DNA of 64,000 nt from a virus (Duplodnaviria > Caudoviricetes), in the IMG/VR virus record IMGVR_UViG_3300032138_000647, positions 1-64,000 of that record; one strand, written 5' to 3'. Below, piece by piece: positions 29,401-40,300 of the stretch (within the stretch, counting starts at the first letter, position 1; the number at the start of each line of letters is the position of its first letter). Made by a program: the position numbers and the translations under genes. Below the pieces are notes generated by a model that saw only the letters and a list, made by a program, of their open reading frames with translations, was not told where the DNA came from and made no database searches.

Positions 29401-32400
29401 CAGGAAGCTACAGGCTTGAAGGAAGAGGAGGCTCAGGCTCAGCAAGAGTGGATTAAGCTGCACACGGATGAAGGTAAGTCGATGGAGGAGATCGGCAAAA
29501 TCCTTGAGGACATGAACAAGAAAAAAGCTGAGTCAAAGGCAACCTCTGGGATGTCAGATAATCCAGAACTAATCAAATCTCTAGAGGATTTAGATCGGGG
29601 ATTTGACAAGGAGACCGGCGGTGCCGGAGAATTGGGACAGATGGCCCAAGCTGAGATGTCGGGTGTTGCAGACAGGGCTAGGACTTTGAGAAATGAGCGT
29701 AATGAGCAGTCGTTTATTGCTAAGGGTAAAAAGAAAGAGTTAAAGGAGAACAAGAAAAATCAGCGTGGCGTTAAGGTAGAACACGACAAGGTTACAGAAG
29801 AGATGGATCTCCGCCGAACAGCACAGGCGGAATTTCAGGGAAGGGAACGGCGAGGGCAAGACAAGCGAGAAGAGATTCTTGCAACTAATGAGCAGGATAA
29901 GCAAGACGTTGAAACAATTGGGAGAAGGCAGAGTGGATTAAAGGGTGCTGCAACAAGGATGCAGAATCGCAAGGATGAGATTCATCGTGCTCCAAAGTTT
30001 GGCGAGGAGAGTGTTGATCTCCCGAGTGGCGTAGTTGGTATGGGTGGCAGGGCAACCTCTGCTGACAGCGAGTTGGGTCAGGTGTGGGGGCGGGGTCAAG
30101 AGTTATCCGAAACCGTAGGTCCAGCAGCACAGGAGCGAGTCGCAGCCGCCGACAAACAGGTGGGGCAAGATCAGGCAGCGCTTGCTACCGCCGAAAGTAG
30201 GAACAGGAATCTTCAAGTAGGGGCTGCGAATTGGAAAGCGGCTGATGATGTGACTGCGGCTGAACAGGAGTTAAGTGACGCAAGAGGCCAGCGATTCCGA
30301 CAGCGGGATGATCCCGGAGCCGCTGGTCGCACTCAAGCAGAAGCAGTCGCTGCTGGCGATTTAACCATGACGCCGGGCTTGGAGGCAGAGAATGCCAACA
30401 GGGTTAAGCAGGCTCAAGCGAAATTGGATCAAGCAAAACAGCAGGCTCTTGGTGGTGGTGGCACCATGGATACTGGCGGTGGTGGCGGGGGAGGGGCAGC
30501 CCAGCTACAACAGTTGCAAGTTCAAGCTCAGCAAGTAAATATACAAGCCCAAAACGTTAGCACTTCAGAGGGGGGTGGTGGCGCAGAGCCTCTGTTTAAG
30601 ACTACGGAAATGGCTGCTGCCGAAGCGGAACTTGCTAGAGCACAAGACCCCACAATGGACATGGGAAGTGTCGGCTCTCGGTATGCTGCTGGTGCTGACA
30701 CAACGGCGGAGGAAGCTAGTCTTGCAGGCGCACAGCAACGTCAACAGGAGGCCGCTTTGCTTAAGCCGGGAGACATGACGGCTGATCTCCCAGAAGGCCA
30801 TCCCGCTAACGCAGATCTTGCCCAGAGCACGGCAGAGCAGGTGGCAGCGCAACAACAACTTAATGATCTTCTGGATGAACACAACGATTTGGCCAACGAA
30901 GCCAATGCTCTTTCAGAGGAATACGGCCAACTCCAAGAGAGCCTAGCTGCAAATGGCGACAAGCAAGCGGAGAATCAAAGATACTTGAATGAAGCCATAT
31001 TGCAAGAACAGGAATCTGCTGCTGAACTGTTGGCGATTGACCAAGCTTTGGCAGAGAATGCTGAAGCAAGAAGAACAAACGGTGAAGAGCTTGCAATGCT
31101 TGGGCGGGCAGATGGAGAACTGCACAGACAAAATAACGAGCTACTGGCCGAGGCTGCTAGACTGGAAGCAGAACGCAAGGAAGCTGCTGAAGCTGCCAGC
31201 GCGGCTAACAAAGAATTGGGGCGGCTGGATGAAACAATAGCGGCTGGGCCGGAAGCTCTTGCGGTTAAGATGGGTGCCTCTAAGCTAACAAGTGCTGTGG
31301 GCGGTAAAGACTCAGAAGCTGGTAAGAATATTGGCGTGGGAATGGAAGCAATTACAATGAAGGCAAAGGATGCGGCTGAGGCACTGAAAGGTCATAAGAA
31401 ATTCCTTGTTGCCTACTCCAAAGAGCTTGCTCGTGGAGTTGATCCCGCTAAGGCTATGGCTCGCGCTATGGCACAGGCCGCTCCTGCTACCAGTAAGATG
31501 CGACGAGGACTTGCCCAAGCTGCTGCTGGACTGCGAAATTTTGGATCAAAAGCTAAGAAAATGGGGGGTGCGATTAAAGAGAAGTTTGCAGCAGCCAACA
31601 AAAAGATGGAAGGCTTTTCTAAAGCTCTGGGCGCGGGCATTTCAGCCGCCACATCTATGGTTTCATTTGTTCAGGGGCTACAACAAGAGCAATTTGACAA
31701 AGCTCTTGAAAGCGGTGATGCTGATACGGCTATGGGGATGACGGAAAGTATGGGCACGGTGGATAAGATTGGCGGTGCTGTGCAAGGTGCCGCTATGGGT
31801 GCTGCTATGGGTGCTATGTTTGGACCTCTAGGTATGGCTATCGGTGCTTTGATTGGTGCTATTGGCGGTCTGGTCATGGCCTTCTTGGGCGCTGATAAGA
31901 AACAAATTGAAAGAGAGAAGAAGATACATGCGGTGCGGGTCAAGTCTGCTCAAGAGAGTACCGGCAAGGCTATGGAAAACATTTCCGAGAAGGGTTTGCA
32001 GGAAGGCAACCTGAAGGATATGAATGCTGGATTTAAGCAGCAAGAAGCTTTGATGAACAAGAGGAACACGGTAAATAACCAGCTACTCCTGACAGAAGAA
32101 GAGCGGGAGAAGATGGAGAAGCGGCTCGCGGGAGAACAATTAAAAGCTGCTACTCTGATCGGCAAGTCTGTAAAGACCGAGGCAGAACTTGAAGCTGCCA
32201 TGAGTTCATTGGCAAACGATACCATTGGTAGCTCAGAAGCTGAAATGGATGCTGCTAGGTCGGCGTTCTTTGTAGCTCAGGCTAACAGGGAATTAGCAAA
32301 GTCAAACGCAGACCTGATCAAGATTACTTCCGCATTTCAGCGTGCTACCAGCGCTGTCGATAACTTTGTCAACGGCTTGGAGACTGGAACCAATAGGTTC

Positions 32401-34323
32401 GACTCTATTGTTAGCGATCTAGAAATGTCTCAACAGAATATCGCCCTTGGTCAGGGTGGGGTTGCCTCTGTGGACGCTGCCAGAGATGCCACAATGAAGG
32501 GATTAGAAAGGGCTGGTGTTCGTGGTGACTCTGATGTTGGACAAGCTGTAGATAGGTCGTTTAAAACTATGGAGAATACAGCTTCATTCATGTCCAACCT
32601 GCCGGGCAAACTAGAAAATCTAAACTTTGGAGAAGATAAGTCGGCAGCAGGAGCAAGGGATACAATACGATCACAGCTTATGACTGCCGACATGGACCCG
32701 AAGCTCAAGGGCGCTATTGAAAAAGCCATGGCGGGAATGAGCGATCAGCAGCTAGAAGCCATAGCTAAGGGCGAGGGAGACATATCTCAACTGCTTAAGG
32801 GTGTTGGCACACAAATGAACAAGCTGGGACAAGCTGGCTTGGAAGCGGCCAAAGCTCTACAAAAACATGAAGCCACTATCATTAAGCTGACTCAGAAGAG
32901 AATTCAAGCTGAGGCGAATTATATAGTAGCTCAGAAGAAGTCTATTGACATAATGATGGAAGCCAATGAAATCATTGCTAAAGTCGGTGGGCCAGCAGTA
33001 ACTCCAGAGATGAAAACTCAGGCTACTCTAGCCAAGGCTAATCTCGGCAGTGATAAACTTGGGTTAACACAACTTAAGACGGGGAGTGCAGATGAACTAA
33101 GGCAGCGGACAAATGAGATTATGCAAAAGTTTGGTCAGCAAGAAATAGCTGGCAGAACTCCAGATACGTTTAGTGGATCGCAGGGATTAGACGACGATAA
33201 ACGAGCAGATCTACAAAAGGCAATGCAGGATCAGATTTCCCTACACAAAGAGCTAATCAAGGGTAAGATGGAAGAACTGAAGATCCTTGATAAGAAGAAT
33301 GCCTTAGAAAAATCATCACTGGAAGATGCCCTCAAGGGAGACATGCAGTCATTCCTTAAGAAGCAGGCTGCTGTAGGAGCTACGGCTGCTGCTGCGTCAG
33401 GCGACCAGAGAATGATGAGAATGTTTGGAGTAGATGCTATTGCTGAAGCCTTTAGCAATGTAGAAAAGATGAAGCAAGAGGGAGTTCAGGACGTACACGG
33501 GGTTAATATACAGGACGTTTCTCGAAGCTTAGCCTCCACCGGCTTGGCCATGAGAGGTCTTGGCAGCGATCCTCGGATGACTGATATGCTTGCCGGGCAG
33601 ATGCCAGAACAGGAAGCTTTGAAGAATGAGATCAAGGACTTAGCTGTAGGTCTTTCAGAAACCGGTCAGGGTGCGGCGCAGCTTGCAGAGATGCAAGTTC
33701 AGACAGCAAATATTACAATTGCCACTGCCAACTTCAAGTTTAATCAGCAACTCAATCAGGCGGCTGGATTGTTTGGTGGTGGAGCCGGTGTTGACGCGAG
33801 GCGATGGGGCGGAATGATACATGCAAGCAAAGGTATGTTCATTCCTAGGGGAACCGACACTGTACCCGCCATGTTGACTCCCGGCGAGTTTGTAGTTAGA
33901 AAAGAAAGCGTTAACAGAGGAAATAATCTACAGCTTCTGAGAGGCATGAATAGCGGCTCTGTAGTTTCCGATGGGTCTATAGGGTTCTCTCGCGGTGGAC
34001 AGGTTGGATACTACCAGCGTGGTGGCACAGTAGATGGTGGCGCGGGCATAGGATTAGATCCTACCGTAGCAAATAACTTATCTGCTAGTTTAATTGCCTT
34101 CAATAAAGACTTGGCGGCAAATATTTCTTCACTAGAAAATATGAAATTCCAGATACGTCTGGATACAACTAATATCAATGTAAACCTAAACGGTACTAGC
34201 TTCTTGGCACAACTTAAGGATAGCTTGAAAGAAGAGCTACTGGCCGAGGTTGGATCACGCATCAAGGAATTGAAATTCAATGACGCTGGAGAACCACAAT
34301 CTAGTTCTAGTGTATTAGGATAG
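26419..34323 (+). CDS. Tail tape measure protein (2634 aa)
   Basis: TP901-type N-terminal TMP core (FERQLTKVAQVTG, LSQAG, IATGLRTIFTRI), long Ala/Gln/Glu coiled coils, hydrophobic GAAMGAMFGPLG segment. Confidence 0.92.
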   Translation: MAKFVLTAQLQLQAPRNVQQVVRQIQNQLNNVKVKVDIEGASKAQTDLKKLDKGVKQVTDSAHKMGQAFAVSVKRFAAFSIATRAIGLLTRGLGGAVAEAIDFERQLTKVAQVTGKSIGQLKDLTREITRLSTRLGVSSKSLIEVSRTLSQAGLDAQETKVALEALAKTSLAATFTDIHQTAEGAVAIFNQFGKGAAALEKQLGSINAVAGQFAVEAGDIIAAIRRTGGVFKAAGGDLNELIALFTSVRATTRESAESIATGLRTIFTRIQRPSTMKFLKELGVELKNAEGKFVGPFEAVKRLSEALSDLQPGDLRFVQIAEQLGGFRQIGKVIPLLQQFAVAQDALNVAMEGTDSLTKDAMTAQQALAVRITKVKEEFLALIRSVTESKTFQVMANTAISLASALIKIADALKPLLPMLATMAAMKIFGGIKSFSGGLLGRGAAGGGARGFASGGLVPGQGSRDTVPAMLTPGEFVIKKSSVKSIGSDRLAGMNKYAAGGTVRRGRNAYGTGAGGMSTDDILAAARTGPSVPSGPKRAKSKIRGQGSSAKPLNFTVLPGRIGAFFLDPANRPQGEDVSTAANDQFGLNKTSFTIKPGDKAFGKLIRAGVTTGSGLTTPGALPLDVLHRGKGVRGKPGAADKKSGVEGVLHAMLKGNRSSFSGFFPATGNLKNNKKINDKVMEATSSALADAVGAVGSQVAPFLKAGSISAGFSDAAKKAIRNDDNAVKSSAGFVFEGLIHSLTGASPGGGTSGFDFPFKSIKSARPKLEGLFGSGAGRMIKADAKRDWNKRGEIKNKLLNDIKAGDWMGVALGKVGLDTPQVGAGLGSRNKGQHGVLPPVTKDTTFIKRASGGSVTDTVPSLLTPGEFVVNKKSAQGIGYGNLYRMNQRGAEGFASGGVVGGPRKFQMGGMMGGMGMSGGNVGFALAAGSAMAGEGLISLRKATDEEAEGIRRISGMFTQFGAQFGTMSMLIDNWKGKKEEESKALEDSAKAYQEATGLKEEEAQAQQEWIKLHTDEGKSMEEIGKILEDMNKKKAESKATSGMSDNPELIKSLEDLDRGFDKETGGAGELGQMAQAEMSGVADRARTLRNERNEQSFIAKGKKKELKENKKNQRGVKVEHDKVTEEMDLRRTAQAEFQGRERRGQDKREEILATNEQDKQDVETIGRRQSGLKGAATRMQNRKDEIHRAPKFGEESVDLPSGVVGMGGRATSADSELGQVWGRGQELSETVGPAAQERVAAADKQVGQDQAALATAESRNRNLQVGAANWKAADDVTAAEQELSDARGQRFRQRDDPGAAGRTQAEAVAAGDLTMTPGLEAENANRVKQAQAKLDQAKQQALGGGGTMDTGGGGGGGAAQLQQLQVQAQQVNIQAQNVSTSEGGGGAEPLFKTTEMAAAEAELARAQDPTMDMGSVGSRYAAGADTTAEEASLAGAQQRQQEAALLKPGDMTADLPEGHPANADLAQSTAEQVAAQQQLNDLLDEHNDLANEANALSEEYGQLQESLAANGDKQAENQRYLNEAILQEQESAAELLAIDQALAENAEARRTNGEELAMLGRADGELHRQNNELLAEAARLEAERKEAAEAASAANKELGRLDETIAAGPEALAVKMGASKLTSAVGGKDSEAGKNIGVGMEAITMKAKDAAEALKGHKKFLVAYSKELARGVDPAKAMARAMAQAAPATSKMRRGLAQAAAGLRNFGSKAKKMGGAIKEKFAAANKKMEGFSKALGAGISAATSMVSFVQGLQQEQFDKALESGDADTAMGMTESMGTVDKIGGAVQGAAMGAAMGAMFGPLGMAIGALIGAIGGLVMAFLGADKKQIEREKKIHAVRVKSAQESTGKAMENISEKGLQEGNLKDMNAGFKQQEALMNKRNTVNNQLLLTEEEREKMEKRLAGEQLKAATLIGKSVKTEAELEAAMSSLANDTIGSSEAEMDAARSAFFVAQANRELAKSNADLIKITSAFQRATSAVDNFVNGLETGTNRFDSIVSDLEMSQQNIALGQGGVASVDAARDATMKGLERAGVRGDSDVGQAVDRSFKTMENTASFMSNLPGKLENLNFGEDKSAAGARDTIRSQLMTADMDPKLKGAIEKAMAGMSDQQLEAIAKGEGDISQLLKGVGTQMNKLGQAGLEAAKALQKHEATIIKLTQKRIQAEANYIVAQKKSIDIMMEANEIIAKVGGPAVTPEMKTQATLAKANLGSDKLGLTQLKTGSADELRQRTNEIMQKFGQQEIAGRTPDTFSGSQGLDDDKRADLQKAMQDQISLHKELIKGKMEELKILDKKNALEKSSLEDALKGDMQSFLKKQAAVGATAAAASGDQRMMRMFGVDAIAEAFSNVEKMKQEGVQDVHGVNIQDVSRSLASTGLAMRGLGSDPRMTDMLAGQMPEQEALKNEIKDLAVGLSETGQGAAQLAEMQVQTANITIATANFKFNQQLNQAAGLFGGGAGVDARRWGGMIHASKGMFIPRGTDTVPAMLTPGEFVVRKESVNRGNNLQLLRGMNSGSVVSDGSIGFSRGGQVGYYQRGGTVDGGAGIGLDPTVANNLSASLIAFNKDLAANISSLENMKFQIRLDTTNINVNLNGTSFLAQLKDSLKEELLAEVGSRIKELKFNDAGEPQSSSSVLG

Positions 34324-34335
34324 AGGAGTAGGGCG

Positions 34336-37300
34336 ATGTCTCTAGAATGTCTATGTGTTAGACATGGAAGCGGAAAGGCGCAAGCTTCTGGCGGCGTACT
34401 TAGGGCTAAGCTTAGCTGTGCTCCAGCCTGCGTTATCGCCAAGCCTACCGGTAGAGGGTCTATTAAGGCTCTCATGCGGCGAGAAAGAGGCGGTAGCGCC
34501 AAGCTCACGGCTACCGGCCACATAACTGGTGGCGAAGTTGTGGATGTCGCATTTGAGAACTCAACCGTTAGAGCCTTAAAGCCCCGCCTAGCAGTAGACT
34601 TTTATCTTGGAGGGGCATGGGAGGATAGGAGTGTAGGGGAGGGAGATGACGACAGTTGGATTCCGCCTCAATTTCATGGTCATGGACACACCCATTATGG
34701 TAAGAAGGTAAACCCTGTTGGGGTATTTAGCATAACTCCCGGACTAACTCAGGTTCATAATCCAAGCAAAAGATTTAAAGCTACGGGTAGTCTACGAGCT
34801 AAATACGCAGACAAGTTTGCTGGTAGCTTTAATGACTTTGGCTGCTTCCATAAGCTGTATCCCATAAAAGATATAGACGTATTATATGATGGCGGGTACT
34901 TTGTTAACGAGTCTAACAACAGCGGCAATCTCTATGACAGCGTGGACGAGGGTGTATTTACAGGCTCTTATCATACCCAGTCTGGTATTAGTTATCGCAT
35001 ATCTGACGATCTCAATACTTTTATTCAACCTTCTGCTGTCTATACTACCGGCAGATTCAGATATAAATGTGAAGTTACTAATCCAGCCGTAACCGCCAAG
35101 GATAGTAGATTTTATTTTAGAGCATCTGCTCCTAGGGAAAACTATTCCTCGAAGGTGCCACCAGTATATAAAGTCCAAAATATCAGGCTGGAAGATCCCT
35201 CTGGAAATCTCATTATTAAATATGAGAATATTAGTCTTAGGGGTGACGCAGATTATGATAGCTATCAGTATGTCAACTTTGGAACCTACGGAAGTAAGCC
35301 AGAAACAAACAATCTATTGCTCCATACTTGGCATGCCGACTATCCATTTATGGAAGAAGGTGCGGGGTACACCCTCAGCTTTGAGGTTGATGTCGAGTGC
35401 CTAGACGACCCGTTTGATCGAGGATTTGATCCGGGTTATGAAGACACCTGCGCTCTGTTGGACCCACAAGTTCCACACTCTGGAAATGATTACCTAGCCT
35501 TGGATGGCGCTCCGCTAGCCACTCAGACTCAGCGGCTATCATTCCTAAATCCCACTAATACGATTAGAATATCTGCCATTGAGATATGTAATAGTGGAGG
35601 GTTTGATACTCTGAGAGAGCAGTACATGCCTATTCACTTCGGCGTGCAGGAAACCGGCAGAAGAATGGAGAGGTGTATACTTCCATCATTAATTCCTACG
35701 TATGAGTTTGATGCTGGAGTATACCCCACGTCTAGCAGTGTGTGGTCAGACTCTATTACCGGACTTACGAACCAAAGCGGAGTGGGTGCTGGACATCTAA
35801 CATCACTCATTAGAAACCCATGTAAGAGTAGTGCAATTACTCTTAGTTCTGCTAATCAAGTCGCTGACTCAGGTAAGCTGCTCCTTGAGTTTAGACATCA
35901 GGCCCCCAAGACTGTTAGCGATTTTGCAGGAGGGGCCTTTGATGGCAGCTATCTTCTGAGAGAGTTCAGTGTATCCCATAGGTCAACATATACACCAGAT
36001 GATCATCCGTTTATTGTAGACTCCGTATATCTTAAGGTGTTAGCCAAAAAAGAAGTCGGAAGCAGGGACTATGCTTTAGATATTGTTGGGTGGAGTGACG
36101 ACAGGCTGCTCAATGTTACTTCGGCTGTGGGAGGATTTTTGCAAAATCCGTCTGGAAGCGAAAATAACTTCGCACCTATAAGTAGTGGCTTCAACCCCAC
36201 TAATGAGCTAGCCTTGGGCGGAGAGTCTTTATCTGATAAGAGCCAGTATTATGACGCTAGCGGAACCTGCAATGCTGGCGGCGATCACTACATCCTTTCT
36301 AATACCCCCATGGTCACAGGGACGAGTTTTGGCTGGTACGAAGTACCCCTTACTATATATGATGACTGTGTAACGCTTGGGAAATCTCCAGATTTTTCAC
36401 AAAGCTCCTTCTTTGAAAGGTTGTTCTTAGATATATTCCCGCTGCCTAGCGGGGCTTCTATAGCTGCGGCTGAATTGTGTGTTAAGTACAAGCCAGCTAA
36501 TGGTTTAAACCTAAATACTATTGGCTATGAGAGAATAAGCCGTATTGGAAAGACCAGAGAAGAAGGGAAGATCACTCCAATTGGCAGGCAGACCGCTGAT
36601 GATATCATAAATGCTGGTTCTGGCTTGTCATCTCTATCTGCTATATCAAATATACCACATGGCTTTACGACCCCAGACGACATTAAGTCTAACTACTCCA
36701 GAAGGTGGAGAGGCTTGGAAGGTATTGTTCAAGGCCCCTTCGATCCCGACATGTTTGGCTTTGGCTTTAAAAATCCAACACTAGACTTCCCGCTGCTTTC
36801 TGGTTTCTATGATTTTGATTATGATAACAACCTTATCATCAAGTCTAGACCGCTGGGTAGCGGGTTTGGTTCTGCCACGGGAACCATGACTACTAGCTAT
36901 AGCGAGCACCACTTTAAGAACCTTGGTTGGAGATTTAATAGTAGTGGACTGTTTAATCAGTCTTTGCCAGATCTGACTGGCCCGTATAGAACAACTGACT
37001 GGACTTCACTATCTAAGACTGGATTCAATTTTGAAAGTCATGAGCTACATGGGCAGATTGCTGACGCGTTTAATAATGTAGTTAGGCTATCAGGAGTTAA
37101 TTCTTATATTAACTTTGGTCATATAGATACAGTTAGCGGATTTTCTATCTACACACGATTTACACCGGATGCCAATGTTAGCGGTGTAGGATTTAACTTG
37201 TTTGAGTCTGGAGCACTTGTGTCCAAATGGGACGCCGGAAAGGATCTGGAGTTTGCTCTGGGTTATGAAAACGGATACCTATGTGGTTACGCAACAGACA

Positions 37301-40300
37301 AGGATGACAACCTTGTAAAGGTAAAGGACACAATTACCTATGACAAATATCAATACCCTCTTTCTGCGCTCTTAACATACAATGACAACAACTCTAGCGG
37401 ACTTAAGCTATACACAGATAATGAATTGCATTCTGGTGTGTTCAATACCCTAAGAGCTTCTTCAAGCGAGTTCTATAAAAAGACCGGCGACAGCAATATA
37501 GTTCTAGGATATTCACCCGGCTCAGGTGTCGGGATGAACATGTTTGTAAGCGAATTCGGTATTGGTACATATCACGAGTCAGGCTGTCATATTGTAGAAG
37601 CAGATCCCGATCTGACATTTAAAGAGATACTGGCAGAAAACTTCCTAGCTGGAAATAGAGTTAAATTCTGGGCCTCGGGTGAGCCTAGCAGTAACGATAG
37701 ATATAAGCTATGGAGTTATGTGGATGAAGATACCCTGAAGTGGGACTTGGGAGCATTTAAGGTTTGTGAGTTCAGTCCAGACTTTGACTTCTTTACTGAC
37801 AGGGAAGGTAGGGACTTAATCTCTATCAATATTAAGCATGACGGCTCTGGCTATTTGCAGAGAGTTGACATGCCAATGCCTGAGTCTATTAGTTATAGTG
37901 GTCTTGCCTATCATACCCAAATTGAAAACGACTTCTTAAGATTCAATCTATCAGATGCGTCAGATAACTTCTATACTGCCAACCACCCCAGAATTACTAA
38001 GAGTCTTCCTCAAGGCTATGCATTTGCAGACAGAGCCTTTGTCGTAGAGACAGTTCTTGAACATGAAACCCTGAATAGCATTGCGTGGCCAGACGGCAAG
38101 CTTGGTCCTAAGCTAATTGTTAGTTTGTACACAAAGAATCAGGAGCCAAGCTCTTTCTCCACAACCAATTATGGGCTAATCAATAGAGACATCCATTACC
38201 TCAAGCCGTCTGGTTGCTGGAGAAGAATTGATAGCACGTTTAATTACAACAGTTTCTTTGATGAGTCTGAAGAGTGGGCATTGTTCCCACCAACTAGGCG
38301 TCTGACGGAATTCAATAAGAAGTATTATTCGCAGGACGTGAATGATATGTTCTTGCAGTATGACTTGGTTTATCCTTCTGGTCCAGCATTTGAGTCCAGA
38401 GTAAATGTTCACAGTGCCCACGTAAGACTAGAAGACGCATTTATTGTTCCCACGGAAGTGTCGGGTAATGTAAATCTTACCACTAGTGGTGAGCAGAGAC
38501 CTAGGGAAACTCTTCCTCTGCACTCTATGACTATATGTCATCTGGACAACTTGTCTTCTGGACACAGATTCTGTTCGGGAATCTTGGAAGGTATTTATCC
38601 ATCTGGCCTTACCCTGTACACTCAGGGGCCAACTAGAATAGACTCGCTGTTTGATGGTTCTGGAATGACGCTCTTTACGTCTGGAGCTATTCACCTTCTA
38701 GGTAGCGGTTTCTTCAATCTACTTGCGTCAGGCGGAAGCCTTGGTTCTGCTGGATCATCTGGAACAGGCGGCGTCGGCGGAGAAGACTTCCTAGGAATGA
38801 ACCTTTATGTTTCTGGGCAATATGCACTATCTGCCAGAATGCCGCTGTTTGCATTTAATAACCAGATATCTTTCCGACACGGCTTTGGACCCTTCTATGT
38901 TTATGGTACTGAAAATGGAAACCATTCTGGAGTGAATGGACATTTCTATCCGCTATACACAAACAGGTCCGCAGCGGAATCTGATAGCAGCGATGGTTTG
39001 GCTCACGCGCATACGTTTACGGAATATCCGGGAATAACTTTCTATATGCCCCACAGTGACCAGAACCATGGCATTGATAAGGCCCCATCTTATCTAATAA
39101 ATTATGATGTCTTCCCGAAATATCCAGCACTTAATCTGAACACCCACGCCTCTACCCACACTGGACATTTCAGTCATATTCCGATCTATCTGCATCAGTA
39201 TGCAGAGTCTGTTAGAAGCGATGAAACTAGCAGTCTTAACATGTACACTAAAGCTTTGGGGGCCTTGGCGAGTCGGTATACTGACGGATTCTTCAACTTG
39301 TATACAGGTTCGCCAGCCACGCCATCTGCCAAGATGCCGCTGGTTATCTGGAACGATATAAGTCTTATTCCTAGCCTTGCAAGCGGCAGCTTCAATCTCC
39401 ATACCGCTACATTTGGAGCCGGTCTTGGGGCGGATTATATGACTTGGAATGAGTATAATTATGGACACGATATAACTATTGATGATAATAGCTTTGCCAC
39501 CCTAGAAGCAGATGATGAGATTCGAGGGGTGGACATGGTCTGCTACGGAGCTTGTGACGCTGACGGAAACGAAAAGTGCAATGATCCTCCAGTATTCACC
39601 CACGACGTTGTGTGGCGTCCCGAGTCGTGTGTAACCGGAGGTATCTTCAGACCCTTTGCTACCTATACTAACTTAGATACCAGAGGCTTTAATACCGATG
39701 TTGGGTATAGTGGTCACTTCTACGGAATGAGGAAGTATACAGACCTGAAACCCAACGCTCCATACGCTCTAACTTTGCGTGGATCTACTGGCACAACACG
39801 GAGCATTCCTCTACCAAGAGATTGGGAAGAGTGGGAATATGGATCAGTAGATGATGTAAAGTTCTCTGGCATTAAATTTATTGGTGACTATCCGTATCTT
39901 AGCGGACAAAAACCGATAACACCGCCTTCTGGCAGGATGGAAGGAGATAGGTACGGAAAGGCTATTTCTGTCACTGACGAACTGATGGTAGTTGGCGCAC
40001 CCCTGCATGAGTTTGATGAGCAAGGAGGAAATACATATTTCGACTCGGGAAACAGTCGGCTAGCTTGGGTTGGTGGCAGTGGGCTTACGGAAGCTGGTGC
40101 TGTTTATCTATACCGAAGAGGCCCTCAGCCCCAGTCTCCAAACATGCACCCAAGTGGACACAAAGCTTATTGGAATCTAGAGTCCAAGATTGTTTTGCCG
40201 TCTGCCTATAGAGGCGACTGGTTCCATTGGCTGCCGGGAACTATGTCGTTTGGCGGATTGCCCAAGCTTCCGGTTAGACAATGGGAGATAGGACAAGAGG

